Below, piece by piece: positions 30,663 through 39,819 of a DNA stretch of 64,000 bases. How positions within the stretch are numbered: position 1 is the first letter of the stretch; every line of letters begins with the position of its first letter. Both the position numbers and the translations under genes were made by a program. The notes under the pieces were generated by a model, which did not search any database, was not told the origin of the DNA, and saw only the letters and a list, made by a program, of their open reading frames with translations. The DNA lies in the NCBI GenBank assembly GCA_023150455.1, contig JAKLKW010000026.1, positions 41,982-105,981 of the forward strand, read 5' to 3'. Source of the DNA: Alphaproteobacteria bacterium (GTDB lineage: Bacteria; Pseudomonadota; Alphaproteobacteria; JAEULC01).

Positions 30663-32462
30663 CTACCGGTACAGACGGTCCACCGCCGCCGGCAGGTCCT
30701 TGGGGTCGAACACCGGCAGCGAGCAGATGCGGTTGGAGCAGGCGAAGGCGGCCGGCTCGCCGAGATCGGGATACTCGACGTCGTGGTTGGGCAGCTTGCC
30801 TTTGGCCGGATCCCACCATTCCGCACGCTTGTAGGATGACGGATAGGACAGGGCCGCGGCATAGAGGCCGCGCGCCGTCCGGTCCCCGTGGCCGCCGACG
30901 ACGGTGATGTGGACGGGCTCGCGCTGCAGCTCGCGTTCGGCCAGCAGCACGCCGGGCAGGAAGTCGAGCGCGTCGATCACGGCCGGCGAGGCGAGATAGC
31001 CGAAGCCGCGCTCGGCCGCTTGGCGCCAGCGCTCGTCCCCGCTGTAGCGGTTGAGCAGATTGAGGAAGCGCACGGCGGCGACGTTCTCGTCGCGCGACTT
31101 CGCGGGCTTGCCGAGGACGCCCGAATGCGTCTCGGGCGCGCTGGTGAAGAAGCCGCCGGTCATCGGATCGGCGAAGCGCTCGACGATGAACGCGGCGGCG
31201 GCCGCCGCGCGCTCGAGCCATTCGAGGTCCGAGGTCGATCGGTAGAGCGCGAGGAAGGCCTGGCCCATGGCGAGCGTGTCGCCGAGGAACGGCCCGCCCC
31301 GGTCGGCGGGCCCGTGCGCGAAGCCGCCGCCCCGTTTCGGCTCGTTGGGCAGCGCGCGGTTGGTCGCGATCCAGCGTGCCGCCTTGACCGCGCGCTCGAG
31401 CGCCTCGCCCTCGCCGGTCGCGTCGAAATAGGCGGCCATGGCCGCGATCGCCCAGCCGTTCTCGCGTGCGTAAATGTTGGTGTCGATGCGCGGCATCGGC
31501 CGTTGGCGGCGCCCGGCGTCGTCGAGCGCGAAGAATTCGCTGCCATGGTCGCCCGGAACCGAGTCGGCGTCCTGGCTGGTGTAGAACGCGCCTTCGGGCG
31601 CGGTCAGGAAATCGACGAGGTAGCGGTAGACGCGGCCGGCGGCCTCGCGGTGCTCTTGCGCGGCCCACTGCGCATGGGCCAGCGAATAGAGCATCAGGTG
31701 CGAGGCCTGGATGCTCATGATCTTCTCGTAGTGCGGCGACTTCCAGTCGGCCTTGTCGGAGTACTGGTAGACGCCGCCCCAAGCGGGGTCGATCAGCTTG
31801 AAGGATTGCGTCAGCGTCAGCCGCGCCATGCGCTCGGCGTCCCCGTCTCCGCGCTTGGCGAGGGCGAGGGCCAGTTCCATCGCCTGCGCGTCGACGAACT
31901 TGTGCAGCTCGCCCCAGCCGCCGTTCTCGGCGTCGAAGCCCCTGCGGAAGAAGGCCTCGAGCTCGGCTTTGCGCGCGTCCGGCAGGCGCGTCGTGGCCGA
32001 GGCCTCGGTCTCGGCCGGCTGTTCGCCGTAGTTCACCGGCGAAGGATCGGCGACGACGTCCTTGAGGATGGCGAGGAACTGGCCGGGCGCGCGATAGCCG
32101 CGCAGCTTGGCGATCTCGGTGCCGTCCGGCCCGAAGATGATGGTCGCCGGCCAGCCCCAGTCCTCGTAGCGCAGCGACAGGTCGGGCCGCGAATCCTGGT
32201 CGACCCGCACGGGGATGTAGTGCTTCGCCATGATGTCGAGGACGTCGGCGTCCTTGTAGGTCGTGCCCTCCATCACGTGGCACCAATGGCACCACACGGC
32301 CTTGAGGTAGAGCACGACGAAGCGGTTTTCGCGTTTCGCCTCCTCGAATACCGCGTCCGAGAAGTCGCGCCACGCGACCGTGCCCGTTCCGGCGGCACGC
32401 GCCGGCGCGCCGCCAAAGGCGATCGCCAGAGCGATGACGAGCGTTGCCGCGATCTGCCGCAT
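30663..32462 (-). CDS. Exported DUF255/YyaL-type protein (thioredoxin-like N-domain plus alpha/alpha-toroid domain)
   Basis: Signal peptide (..PARA), WCHWCHVM, GWPAT, WGGVYQYS...W..PHYEK, FYTSQDAD. Confidence 0.85.
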   Translation of the reverse strand: MRQIAATLVIALAIAFGGAPARAAGTGTVAWRDFSDAVFEEAKRENRFVVLYLKAVWCHWCHVMEGTTYKDADVLDIMAKHYIPVRVDQDSRPDLSLRYEDWGWPATIIFGPDGTEIAKLRGYRAPGQFLAILKDVVADPSPVNYGEQPAETEASATTRLPDARKAELEAFFRRGFDAENGGWGELHKFVDAQAMELALALAKRGDGDAERMARLTLTQSFKLIDPAWGGVYQYSDKADWKSPHYEKIMSIQASHLMLYSLAHAQWAAQEHREAAGRVYRYLVDFLTAPEGAFYTSQDADSVPGDHGSEFFALDDAGRRQRPMPRIDTNIYARENGWAIAAMAAYFDATGEGEALERAVKAARWIATNRALPNEPKRGGGFAHGPADRGGPFLGDTLAMGQAFLALYRSTSDLEWLERAAAAAAFIVERFADPMTGGFFTSAPETHSGVLGKPAKSRDENVAAVRFLNLLNRYSGDERWRQAAERGFGYLASPAVIDALDFLPGVLLAERELQREPVHITVVGGHGDRTARGLYAAALSYPSSYKRAEWWDPAKGKLPNHDVEYPDLGEPAAFACSNRICSLPVFDPKDLPAAVDRLYR

Positions 32463-32524
32463 TGGTACGGGCTCCGTCCTGCCGATGCCGCCGCTTGATA
32501 CGCGCGGCGTCCGGGCGGCGTTCT

Positions 32525-33358
32525 TCACATCGCCGCGATTCGGGTGCCCACGACCCAGCCCGATTCGACCCAGCCGCGCAGCAGCTCGGCCGCGCGCCCG
32601 CCCGCCTGGTCGGCGGGAACGAAGGCGCAGAGGCCCTCGCACAGCACCCCGAAAGCGCTGCCCTGCCGCGCCGCGTCGAGCGCCCAGGCTTCATCCTCGG
32701 TCATCGAGCGGAAGAAGGTCTCGCCGTCCCGCCGCCAGACGGCGAAGGGAACCGGTGCCGCGCGTGCCTCGGGTGGCGGAATGTCGGCATCCTCGCCCTC
32801 GGCGCCCAGCGCGTTCCACAGCTCGGGCACGGTCCAGCGCGAGACGACGGCCTGCAGCGACGGATGGAAGGCAAGGACCAGGCCCGGCCAGTCCGCCGGC
32901 GCGATGGCGGCGATGGCGGCGACGTCGAGGGGCGCGGCGTCGGCCGCGTCGAAGGCACCCGCGAGCGCCCATTCCAGCCGTGCAAGCTCCGCCAGCGCGG
33001 GCGTGGCGTGCCAGGGCGCCTGTTCGAAGAGGAAGCCGGCCAGCGCGTCGCCGAACCAGCGGATCGAGAAGTGCCGGCTGGGATGTGCCGCGATGTAGGC
33101 GCGCGCGAGGCGGTCGAAATCGTCGTCGCCCAGCACGCGCTTCAGGCGGGGAAAGTTCGTCTCCAGCGCCTCGATCAGGCGCAGCGCGTAGGCGTCGCGA
33201 TAGACGCGCAGGAGCGTCGCGGCATGGGCCTTGGCGGTGGCGCGCACCTTGCCGTCCATCGCCCGGTCGTCGCCCAGGATATAGGCCTGGAAATCCGCCT
33301 GCAGGCGTTCGAGCGGCGGCGTGTTGCTGCGCCCCGGGCCATGCGGGGAAGCGTTCAT
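32525..33358 (-). CDS. MNIO partner protein (DUF2063 / BufC/HvfC-like)
   Basis: VYR.AY..RL.EAL...FP, LG...[18 protein letters not shown]; overlaps the DUF692 stop. Confidence 0.88.
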   Translation of the reverse strand: MNASPHGPGRSNTPPLERLQADFQAYILGDDRAMDGKVRATAKAHAATLLRVYRDAYALRLIEALETNFPRLKRVLGDDDFDRLARAYIAAHPSRHFSIRWFGDALAGFLFEQAPWHATPALAELARLEWALAGAFDAADAAPLDVAAIAAIAPADWPGLVLAFHPSLQAVVSRWTVPELWNALGAEGEDADIPPPEARAAPVPFAVWRRDGETFFRSMTEDEAWALDAARQGSAFGVLCEGLCAFVPADQAGGRAAELLRGWVESGWVVGTRIAAM

Positions 33359-34197
33359 GCGGCGCGGCTGGCGAGCGCTTGCGCCGCGACCGCGCGCATT
33401 CGGTCCACCTCGCGCAGAAGCTCCGGCAAGGGCGGGATGTTGGCGTCGCGTTCGATCATCGCCGGCACCGGGCCGAAGCGTCGCACCGCCTCGGCGAACA
33501 GCGCCCAGACCGGGTCGATCACGTCGTGATCGTGCGTGTCGATGATGTGGCTGCCGTTGTTCTGGTGCCCGGCCAGGTGGAACTGGCGCACACACTTGGG
33601 CGGCACGGCGGCCAGGTAGTCGAGCGCGTCGAACTCGTGGTTGAAGGCACTGACATAGATGTTGTTCACGTCGAGCAGGATGTCGCAGTCCGCGGCTTCG
33701 GCGACCGCCGCCAGAAACTCCCATTCCGGCACGGCGGAGAAGCTGTAGTCGACATAGCTCGACACGTTCTCCAGCGCGATGCGCCGGCCGAGGAATTCCT
33801 GCACGCGGCGCACGCGCTCGGCGATGTGCGCGACAGCCTCTTCGGTGTGCGGCACCGGCAGCAGGTCGTGCATGTTGAGGCCCGCCGAGCCGGTCCAGCA
33901 CAGATGGTCCGAGATCAGCGCGGGCTCGATCCGCCGCGCCAGCGCACGGACCTGCTCGAGGTAGTCCAGGTCGAGCGGGTCGGTCGATCCGATCGACAGC
34001 GACACGCCATGCATGACGACTGGGTAGTTCGCGCGGATGCGCTCGAGATGGGCAAGCGGCGGCCCGCCGGGAACCAGGTAGTTCTCGGTCAGGATCTCGA
34101 GCCAGTCGAGCTTCGGTCGGGTCTCCTGGATCGCTTCGTAGTGGTCGGTGCGAAGCCCCAGGCCGAATCCGCCGAACGCGCGGGCGGGGGCGGTCAT
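33355..34197 (-). CDS. Multinuclear non-heme iron oxidative enzyme (MNIO, DUF692; BufB-like)
   Basis: GLGLR..H, E...[51 protein letters not shown]. Confidence 0.95.
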   Translation of the reverse strand: MTAPARAFGGFGLGLRTDHYEAIQETRPKLDWLEILTENYLVPGGPPLAHLERIRANYPVVMHGVSLSIGSTDPLDLDYLEQVRALARRIEPALISDHLCWTGSAGLNMHDLLPVPHTEEAVAHIAERVRRVQEFLGRRIALENVSSYVDYSFSAVPEWEFLAAVAEAADCDILLDVNNIYVSAFNHEFDALDYLAAVPPKCVRQFHLAGHQNNGSHIIDTHDHDVIDPVWALFAEAVRRFGPVPAMIERDANIPPLPELLREVDRMRAVAAQALASRAA

Positions 34198-34216
34198 GAA
34201 AACACCATAGCCCGAA

Positions 34217-34260
34217 ACGGAGCGGGCGCCCGGACCTTTCGGTCGGGACGCCCGGCCCGT
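34217..34260 (-). terminator. Intercistronic stem-loop after the precursor gene
   Basis: cgggcgcccggacc-tttc-ggtcgggacgcccg hairpin between precursor and MNIO genes. Confidence 0.6.
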
Positions 34261-34300
34261 CAGTCCGTATCGGACGTGGCCGAAAGGACGTCGTTCGTGG

Positions 34301-34549
34301 TCAGCTGACCTTGCCGCCCGACTTCTCGCACGCGGCCTTGTCCTTCGCTTCGGTCCAGCCCTTGCCCTTGCACGCGTTCATGCCCTTGCAGGCGCTCGAC
34401 GCGGTCTTGCAGGCGCTCTGGCCCTTGCAGGCGTTGCCGCCCACGCACTTCACGCCCGCGGCCTGGGCCGGGGTGATGGTGCTCACGATGCCCGCGGTCA
34501 GAAACGCGGCAGCCGCGGTGGCGGCGAGGACGATGCCAGTCTTCGACAT
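34301..34549 (-). CDS. Bufferin-type (BufA2-like) RiPP precursor
   Basis: Signal peptide (PAQA), then [11 protein letters not shown]......CKG.NACKGKG........C...GG (6 Cys), directly upstream of DUF692-DUF2063. Confidence 0.88.
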   Translation of the reverse strand: MSKTGIVLAATAAAAFLTAGIVSTITPAQAAGVKCVGGNACKGQSACKTASSACKGMNACKGKGWTEAKDKAACEKSGGKVS

Positions 34550-34916
34550 GATTCACTTCCCTTGAATGTTAGTTGCGGTGGATCGCGAGAACCGTTGCGA
34601 TCATAGCTTTTACGCAAGACGGATGGGAATGGATGCCCGGAGCGGGAGCAGGCCCCGTCGCACGGGCCGCGCCCGTCTTGCTGCGATGCAGCATAACACG
34701 CCATCCGATCAACATTATCAAACGATAACCAAGGTTGCGGCGCCGCATTCTGGATCGAGGGCTTGGCTGCACGCGCAGCCGCTGAAGGTGCGGTCGTCGT
34801 TTCACAAAGCCGTGCGCGACCGGTGACTGAGTGGACAGGCGAAGCTTGCGGCGCCATGGCCGACCGGGCGAACTCCGCAGTTGAGAAGTTTCGTCCGATC
34901 CCCGATACAACCGCGC

Positions 34917-36566
34917 ATGCGTTACCCGCGGCCGCTCGACGATCTTCCACCGCGCCGCGTGAGGACGGCCAAGCTGTGCTTCATGCTCGGCATGCCGCTC
35001 GGCTTCGGCATTCTGTCGGTCCTGCTGCGGCAGGACTACAACTGGGATTTGCTCAACTATCACTACTACAATTCCTTCGCGTGGCTGAACGGCCGCTACG
35101 GACACGACATCGACGCGGCGGTGACGCCGAACGGCCATTTCAATCCGCTGCTGCACCTGCCCTGGTATCTGGCGATCGGCGCGGTGCCGCCGAAGCTGAT
35201 CGGCTTTGCCATCGGCGCCGTGCAGGGCCTGAACGCGGTCCTGCTGTTCGCGATCGCGCGCGCCGTGCTGCCGGCCGCGAGCGCCGCGCAGCGCGAGCTG
35301 GCGGCGCTGGCGCTGGCGTTCGTCGGCATGCTCGGCGCCGGCAACCTGAGCGAGATCGGCACCAGCTTCGCCGACAACATCCTGAGCCTGCCGGTCCTCG
35401 GCGGACTGCTGCTGCTGGTCGCCGAGCCCGAACGCCTGGCGCACGGGCGCATCGGTCCGCCGCTCGCGATTGCCGCCGGCGCCGGCATGCTGGTCGGGCT
35501 CGTCGCCGGCTTGAAGCCCACGATGTGGCTCTACGGCGTGGGCATGGGCTTCGCCTGCCTGAGCCTGCCGGCGACGCCGGGCCGGCGCATCGCGATCGCC
35601 GCCGGGATGTCCGCAGGCGCGCTGGCCGGCGCGGCCACCAGCGGCGGCTTCTGGATGGTGGAGCTGTGGCATCGCTACGCCAATCCGATGTTCCCGTTCT
35701 TCAACAACTGGTTCCGTTCGCCTTGGGCGGCGCCGTTGAGCAACAACAATCTCACCTACCTGCCCAAGGGCTTCTTCGATGCGCTGACGCGGCCGCTGCG
35801 CTTTCCGTTCAACCATCGGCTCGGCAGCGAGATCAGGCTGGTGGATTGGCGACTCCCGCTGCTCTATGCGCTGGGCTGGGCCGGGATCGCGGCCGCGGTG
35901 CTCGCCGCCGCGCGCGGGCGGCTCGGCGCGATGGCGCGCGCCGATGTCGGGCGCTCCGCGATGATGCTGGCCTGGCTCGCCGGGAGCTTCGCCGCGTGGC
36001 TCGTCATGTTCGGCATCTATCGCTATGCCGTGGCGATCGAGATGCTGGCGCCGATCGGCATCGTGCTGCTGCTCGACCGTCTGGGCCTTGGCGGACGGCG
36101 CCTGGCAGGCAGCGCCGCCGCCGCGATGCTGGTGCTGGTCGCGACCACGCGCGTCGCCGGCTGGGGACACGTGCCGTGGAGCGCGCATCATTTCGGCGTC
36201 GAGCCGCCGGCCCTAGCCGATCCGGCGCGCACGCTGGTCGTGCTGCCGGCGACCGAGCCGGCGGGGTTCGTCGTGCCGTTCTTCCCGCGCCCGGTCCGCT
36301 TCGTGCGCGTGTCGCGCTGGCCGCCGGTGTGGACCGATCCGCCGACGGGCATGGAACGTCTGGCGTTCGACATCGTCGCGCGGCACGACGGGCCGATCTA
36401 TGCGCTGTTCCGCTCGAGCGAGCACTACGCCGCGATGGAAGCGCTGGAGCGGCGCGGCCTGGCGCTCAGGCGCGGCGCCTGCGAACGGCTGGTCGTCCGC
36501 GCCGAGATGCACAAGCGCGATGGGCTCCTGTTCTGCGCGCTCGACCGGATCGCGAAGGCAAACTGA
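34917..36566 (+). CDS. Polytopic membrane protein, GT-C glycosyltransferase-like
   Basis: QDYNWD..NYH.YN, GLK.T, NP.FPFFN..F, D.R, RY motifs; more than 10 TM helices. Confidence 0.6.
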   Translation: MRYPRPLDDLPPRRVRTAKLCFMLGMPLGFGILSVLLRQDYNWDLLNYHYYNSFAWLNGRYGHDIDAAVTPNGHFNPLLHLPWYLAIGAVPPKLIGFAIGAVQGLNAVLLFAIARAVLPAASAAQRELAALALAFVGMLGAGNLSEIGTSFADNILSLPVLGGLLLLVAEPERLAHGRIGPPLAIAAGAGMLVGLVAGLKPTMWLYGVGMGFACLSLPATPGRRIAIAAGMSAGALAGAATSGGFWMVELWHRYANPMFPFFNNWFRSPWAAPLSNNNLTYLPKGFFDALTRPLRFPFNHRLGSEIRLVDWRLPLLYALGWAGIAAAVLAAARGRLGAMARADVGRSAMMLAWLAGSFAAWLVMFGIYRYAVAIEMLAPIGIVLLLDRLGLGGRRLAGSAAAAMLVLVATTRVAGWGHVPWSAHHFGVEPPALADPARTLVVLPATEPAGFVVPFFPRPVRFVRVSRWPPVWTDPPTGMERLAFDIVARHDGPIYALFRSSEHYAAMEALERRGLALRRGACERLVVRAEMHKRDGLLFCALDRIAKAN

Positions 36567-36577
36567 GGGAATTCGAC

Positions 36578-36901
36578 ATGGCTTGGATGACGTTGCTCGT
36601 CGCCGGCGTGCTGGAGATCGGCTGGGCCGTTGGCTTGAAGTACACGGACGGCTTCACGCGCCTGAAGCCGAGCCTGTTCGTCGCGGTTTGCACCGTGTTC
36701 AGCTTCCTGTTCCTGGCGCATGCCGCGCGCACGATCCCGATCGGCACCGCCTATGCCGTCTTCACCGGCATCGGCGCCGCCGGCACAGCCCTGTTCGGCA
36801 TCCTGATCCTGGGCGAGTCCCGCGACTGGCCGCGCCTCGTCGCGATCGCCACGATCGTCCTCGGGGTGATCGCGCTGAAGCTGGTGAGCCAGGAGGCGTA
36901 G
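36578..36901 (+). CDS. SMR family transporter (SugE/Gdx-like)
   Basis: MAW..L..AG.LEIGWAVGLKYT.GF, PIGTAYAV.TGIG, GE. Confidence 0.88.
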   Translation: MAWMTLLVAGVLEIGWAVGLKYTDGFTRLKPSLFVAVCTVFSFLFLAHAARTIPIGTAYAVFTGIGAAGTALFGILILGESRDWPRLVAIATIVLGVIALKLVSQEA

Positions 36902-36906
36902 GCGGA

Positions 36907-36977
36907 CTCATTCCCTCGACAAGCGCGGGATGACGACGTTTCGTTGAGCCTCGTGCTGGGCTTGGCGAAGGACGTTC
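36907..36977. repeat. Composite palindromic repeats (family A half copy plus a GTCATCCCG..CTTG..GGGAAT-type hairpin)
   Basis: Minus strand reads gtccttcgccaagcccagcacgagg and gtcatcccgcgcttgtcgagggaatgag; between convergent genes. Confidence 0.6.
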
Positions 36978-38127
36978 AGCGCCGCTCCCAGACGAGCGCG
37001 TCGACCAGCGCGCGGGCGACGATGGCATTGCCGGCGCCGGCGAAGTGCGAGGAGTCGATGAACAGCTCCTGCGCGGCCGGCACGTCGGCGAACAGGCGCG
37101 AGAGATCGAGGAAGCGGTAGTTTGGCGCGTCGATCGAGCCGAGCGCCGCGCGCATGCGGCCGAAGCATTCGCTCCATATCTGCGGCCATTCGGGGTTGCG
37201 CTGGCGCACGCGCTCCTCGCGTACGGTCGGCGTCTTGCCCATGGTGAAGATGTTGGGCTGCAGCGCGAAGACCAGCTCGGCGCCGGCCTGGCCGGCGGCG
37301 AAGGCGGCGTGGACGACGTTGCGCCGGGCGCGGGCGGCAACGGTCGCGCAATCGGCCTTGTGCTCGGTCAGGATGCGCGTCGGCCCGACCGGCGGCAGGC
37401 CGACGCGCTGGTGAACCTGGTTCAGAAGCGCGATGTAGTGCTGGTCGTAGAAGGTGAAGAACCAGCTCACGTCGCTGAAATACTGGCCCCACAGCACGTC
37501 GTTGAAGCCGGAGAGCATCACGATGCGGTCGGGCGCCAGGTCGGCGATCCGGTTCTCGATCATGATACGCTCGTGCGTCGTCGACCAGGCGGGCACGGCG
37601 ACGGTCACCGCCTCGTAGTCGAGGCCGCTCTTGGGCTTGAGGTCGCGGTTGAGCATCGCCTCGAGCTGGCCGGCGATGATGCGGTCGTCGCCTTCCGCGC
37701 CGGAGCCGAAGGCGGTCGAGCCGCCGGTCAAGAACAGGCGGTAGGTCCGCGCGGGCTTCGGCATGTAGCGCTGGCGCCGGTCGCGGAAGCCGAAGGAATT
37801 GATCTCGGCGTTGGCGAAGCGGCCGGGCCGCGCGATCGCGCCGACGAACGGCGCGGGCATGCCGGGCGGGACCCAGGCGATCTTGTCGAGCTCGCGCTCC
37901 TGGCCCGGCTTCAGGCCGTAGATCGCGAGGATGCCCGGCATGTCCTCTTCGGGCATGCGCACATGGCGGAGGCCGCCGAGCAGCGTCTCGGTGCGACGCT
38001 CCTCGTCGATCATGCGCTGGAAGCGGTAGGCGGCGGTCTTGAGGCCGCCGAAGAACCCCAGCGCCAAGGTGAGCGCCAGGACGGCACAGAGAATTGCTGC
38101 CAGCGCCCATTCCAGGCGGCGCGACAT
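36976..38127 (-). CDS. Membrane-anchored SGNH/GDSL hydrolase-like protein
   Basis: NSFGFR, GGSTAFG (block I), GFND (block III), D..H....GN (block V). Confidence 0.8.
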   Translation of the reverse strand: MSRRLEWALAAILCAVLALTLALGFFGGLKTAAYRFQRMIDEERRTETLLGGLRHVRMPEEDMPGILAIYGLKPGQERELDKIAWVPPGMPAPFVGAIARPGRFANAEINSFGFRDRRQRYMPKPARTYRLFLTGGSTAFGSGAEGDDRIIAGQLEAMLNRDLKPKSGLDYEAVTVAVPAWSTTHERIMIENRIADLAPDRIVMLSGFNDVLWGQYFSDVSWFFTFYDQHYIALLNQVHQRVGLPPVGPTRILTEHKADCATVAARARRNVVHAAFAAGQAGAELVFALQPNIFTMGKTPTVREERVRQRNPEWPQIWSECFGRMRAALGSIDAPNYRFLDLSRLFADVPAAQELFIDSSHFAGAGNAIVARALVDALVWERR

Positions 38128-38135
38128 CGCGGACG

Positions 38136-38669
38136 TCAGTCGCCGACGAGCTTGGAGAGCGGCACCGAGTAGGTGAGTGTCAGCGTCTCGACGCCCGGGT
38201 TCCTGTCGCCGAGGCTCGCATTCGACAAATGCGCGATGCCCAGGCTGAGGCGCGAATAGTCGTCGAAGCGGTAGGCGATCTCGGCGGAGGAGCGGAACTC
38301 GAGCTCGAAGCCGAGGTCGCGCCCGTTACCTTCGTGATAGACGCCCGGCGAGAAGCTGGGCGTGAACACGAAGCGGTCGCCGAAATAGACGTCAAGCCGG
38401 ATGCCGGCGTAGAGATAGAAGCCGCCCTTCGAGGTGCCGAACATGCCGGCCTGCGGCTTGAACCACCACAGCTTCTTGTTCGAGCGGTACTCGAGGTTGA
38501 GCAGAGCGGCCGTATCCTTGTTCTGGACGACGTCCCACCAGCCCGCACCGAATGCCAGCGCGTCCGGGTCGCTGTCGCTGTCGAGCGATTGCGCAGCCGC
38601 CGGCACGGCGAGGGACAACCCGGCCAGGACGGCAAGGCCCCATACGACGATCCGAAGTCGAGCGCGCAC
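38136..38669 (-). CDS. Acyloxyacyl hydrolase / PagL-like outer-membrane beta-barrel
   Basis: Signal peptide, alternating aromatic strands, DLG..LEFRS, HLSNA...NPG; GTG start after GGAG. Confidence 0.85.
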   Translation of the reverse strand: MRARLRIVVWGLAVLAGLSLAVPAAAQSLDSDSDPDALAFGAGWWDVVQNKDTAALLNLEYRSNKKLWWFKPQAGMFGTSKGGFYLYAGIRLDVYFGDRFVFTPSFSPGVYHEGNGRDLGFELEFRSSAEIAYRFDDYSRLSLGIAHLSNASLGDRNPGVETLTLTYSVPLSKLVGD

Positions 38670-38832
38670 CCTGTACCTATCTCCCGGTCTCGGCCGCGGT
38701 TCGGGTCCGCGGTCCCATTCGCGTGCGGAAACATAGCGTTGAGCGGGGGTACGAAACCATCCCGGCAACAGGCCGGAATGGGGCTCCGGCCGAGATACGA
38801 CCCGCCTGTTGCCAAAATGCAACTATATCCCC

Positions 38833-38861
38833 TTGACACATGTAAGCCCGTTTGGTAGCTT
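38833..38861 (+). promoter_or_regulatory. Transposase promoter, -35 inside the left TIR
   Basis: TTGACA-N17-TAGCTT; ATG 7 nt after the -10 box; no SD. Confidence 0.65.
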
Positions 38862-38867
38862 CGGGGC

Positions 38868-39770
38868 ATGAAACAGAAGCCGCCCACCATCCGTCAGTTC
38901 CTGGTTCAGTTCCCGACCGATGATGCGTGTCTGGATCACTTGATGCGCGTCCGCTACGGCGACCGCTTCGCCTGTTCCAAGTGCGGCCGGGAAGCGCACT
39001 ACTACCGGGTCAAGACGCGGCGTTGCTACGAGTGCGAGTTCTGCGCCAATCAGATTTATCCGACCGCTGGCACGCCGTTCGAAAAGACGCGGACCAGCCT
39101 CAAGGATTGGTACTACGTCATGTTCCTGTTCTGCGCGACGCGGAACGGAGTCAGTTCCAAGGAAGTGCAGCGCCAGCTCGGCGTGACTTATAAGACCGCT
39201 TGGCGCATGACGCACGAAATTCGCAAGTACATGGGCGCAGTGGACGGCGATTTCCCGATGGGCGGCAGCGACGACGGCGAGCCGGTTGTCGAAATCGACA
39301 AGACGTTCATCGGCGGCAAGCACCCGCGCAAGGCGAACAAGCGCAAGGCCGTGGTGCTGGGCATGGTCGAGCGCGGCGGCGATGTGATCTCCAAGGTCGT
39401 GCGCGACCGCAGCAAGAAAAGCGTGCTACCGCACATCAAGGAATGGGTTGAGGAAGGCTCGCGCGTCGCCACGGACGAAGCCAAGGCTTTCGCTGATCTA
39501 CATGAGGACGGCTACCAGCACGCGACCGTCAATCACACTGAGAAAGAGTACGTGCGCGGCGACGTGCACACGAACACGATCGAGTCCTACTGGTCAGCCG
39601 TGAAGCGGACGATCAAGGGGACTTACGTTTGGGTTTCGAAGAAGCACCTGCAAAAGTACCTGTGGGAGTGCGAGTACCGGCATAATCTGCGCCGCTCGCC
39701 TCACCTGATGTTTGACGTGCTGTTGGCTTCTTTCCCGAAGCCGGCAGCATTCCCCGCGCCATCGCACTAA
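38868..39770 (+). CDS. IS1595-family DDE transposase
   Basis: N-terminal zinc ribbon (CSKC..CEFC), GT.FE, LGVTYKTAW, EID.T.IGG, TD, VNH, HTNTIES.W, YL.E..YR.N. Confidence 0.95.
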   Translation: MKQKPPTIRQFLVQFPTDDACLDHLMRVRYGDRFACSKCGREAHYYRVKTRRCYECEFCANQIYPTAGTPFEKTRTSLKDWYYVMFLFCATRNGVSSKEVQRQLGVTYKTAWRMTHEIRKYMGAVDGDFPMGGSDDGEPVVEIDKTFIGGKHPRKANKRKAVVLGMVERGGDVISKVVRDRSKKSVLPHIKEWVEEGSRVATDEAKAFADLHEDGYQHATVNHTEKEYVRGDVHTNTIESYWSAVKRTIKGTYVWVSKKHLQKYLWECEYRHNLRRSPHLMFDVLLASFPKPAAFPAPSH

Positions 39771-39819
39771 GGAGACGATCAAATCGTTGCTCGATGGGAA
39801 GTTTCGATTTGTTGCTCAT
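39613..39819 (-). CDS. Small passenger ORF antisense to the transposase 3' end
   Basis: ATG overlaps (ATGA) the stop of the reconstructed cargo gene; amphipathic FDRLLSAMA helix. Confidence 0.45.
   Translation of the reverse strand: MSNKSKLPIEQRFDRLLSAMARGMLPASGKKPTARQTSGEASGADYAGTRTPTGTFAGASSKPKRKSP

Noticed and set aside
29446-32694. 1082-aa ORF and many other long Arg/Ala/Pro-rich ORFs across the window
   Set aside because: Off-frame or antisense shadows expected in high-GC DNA; they overlap well-supported genes and have no motifs
36540-36577. Guanidine riboswitch upstream of the SugE-like gene
   Set aside because: Only 11 nt of intergenic space and no ykkC or mini-ykkC (ACGR hairpin) pattern seen
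39289-39312. EIDKT instead of EIDET as an inactivating transposase mutation
   Set aside because: The presumed catalytic Asp and the later D/E motifs are retained; activity cannot be judged from this change
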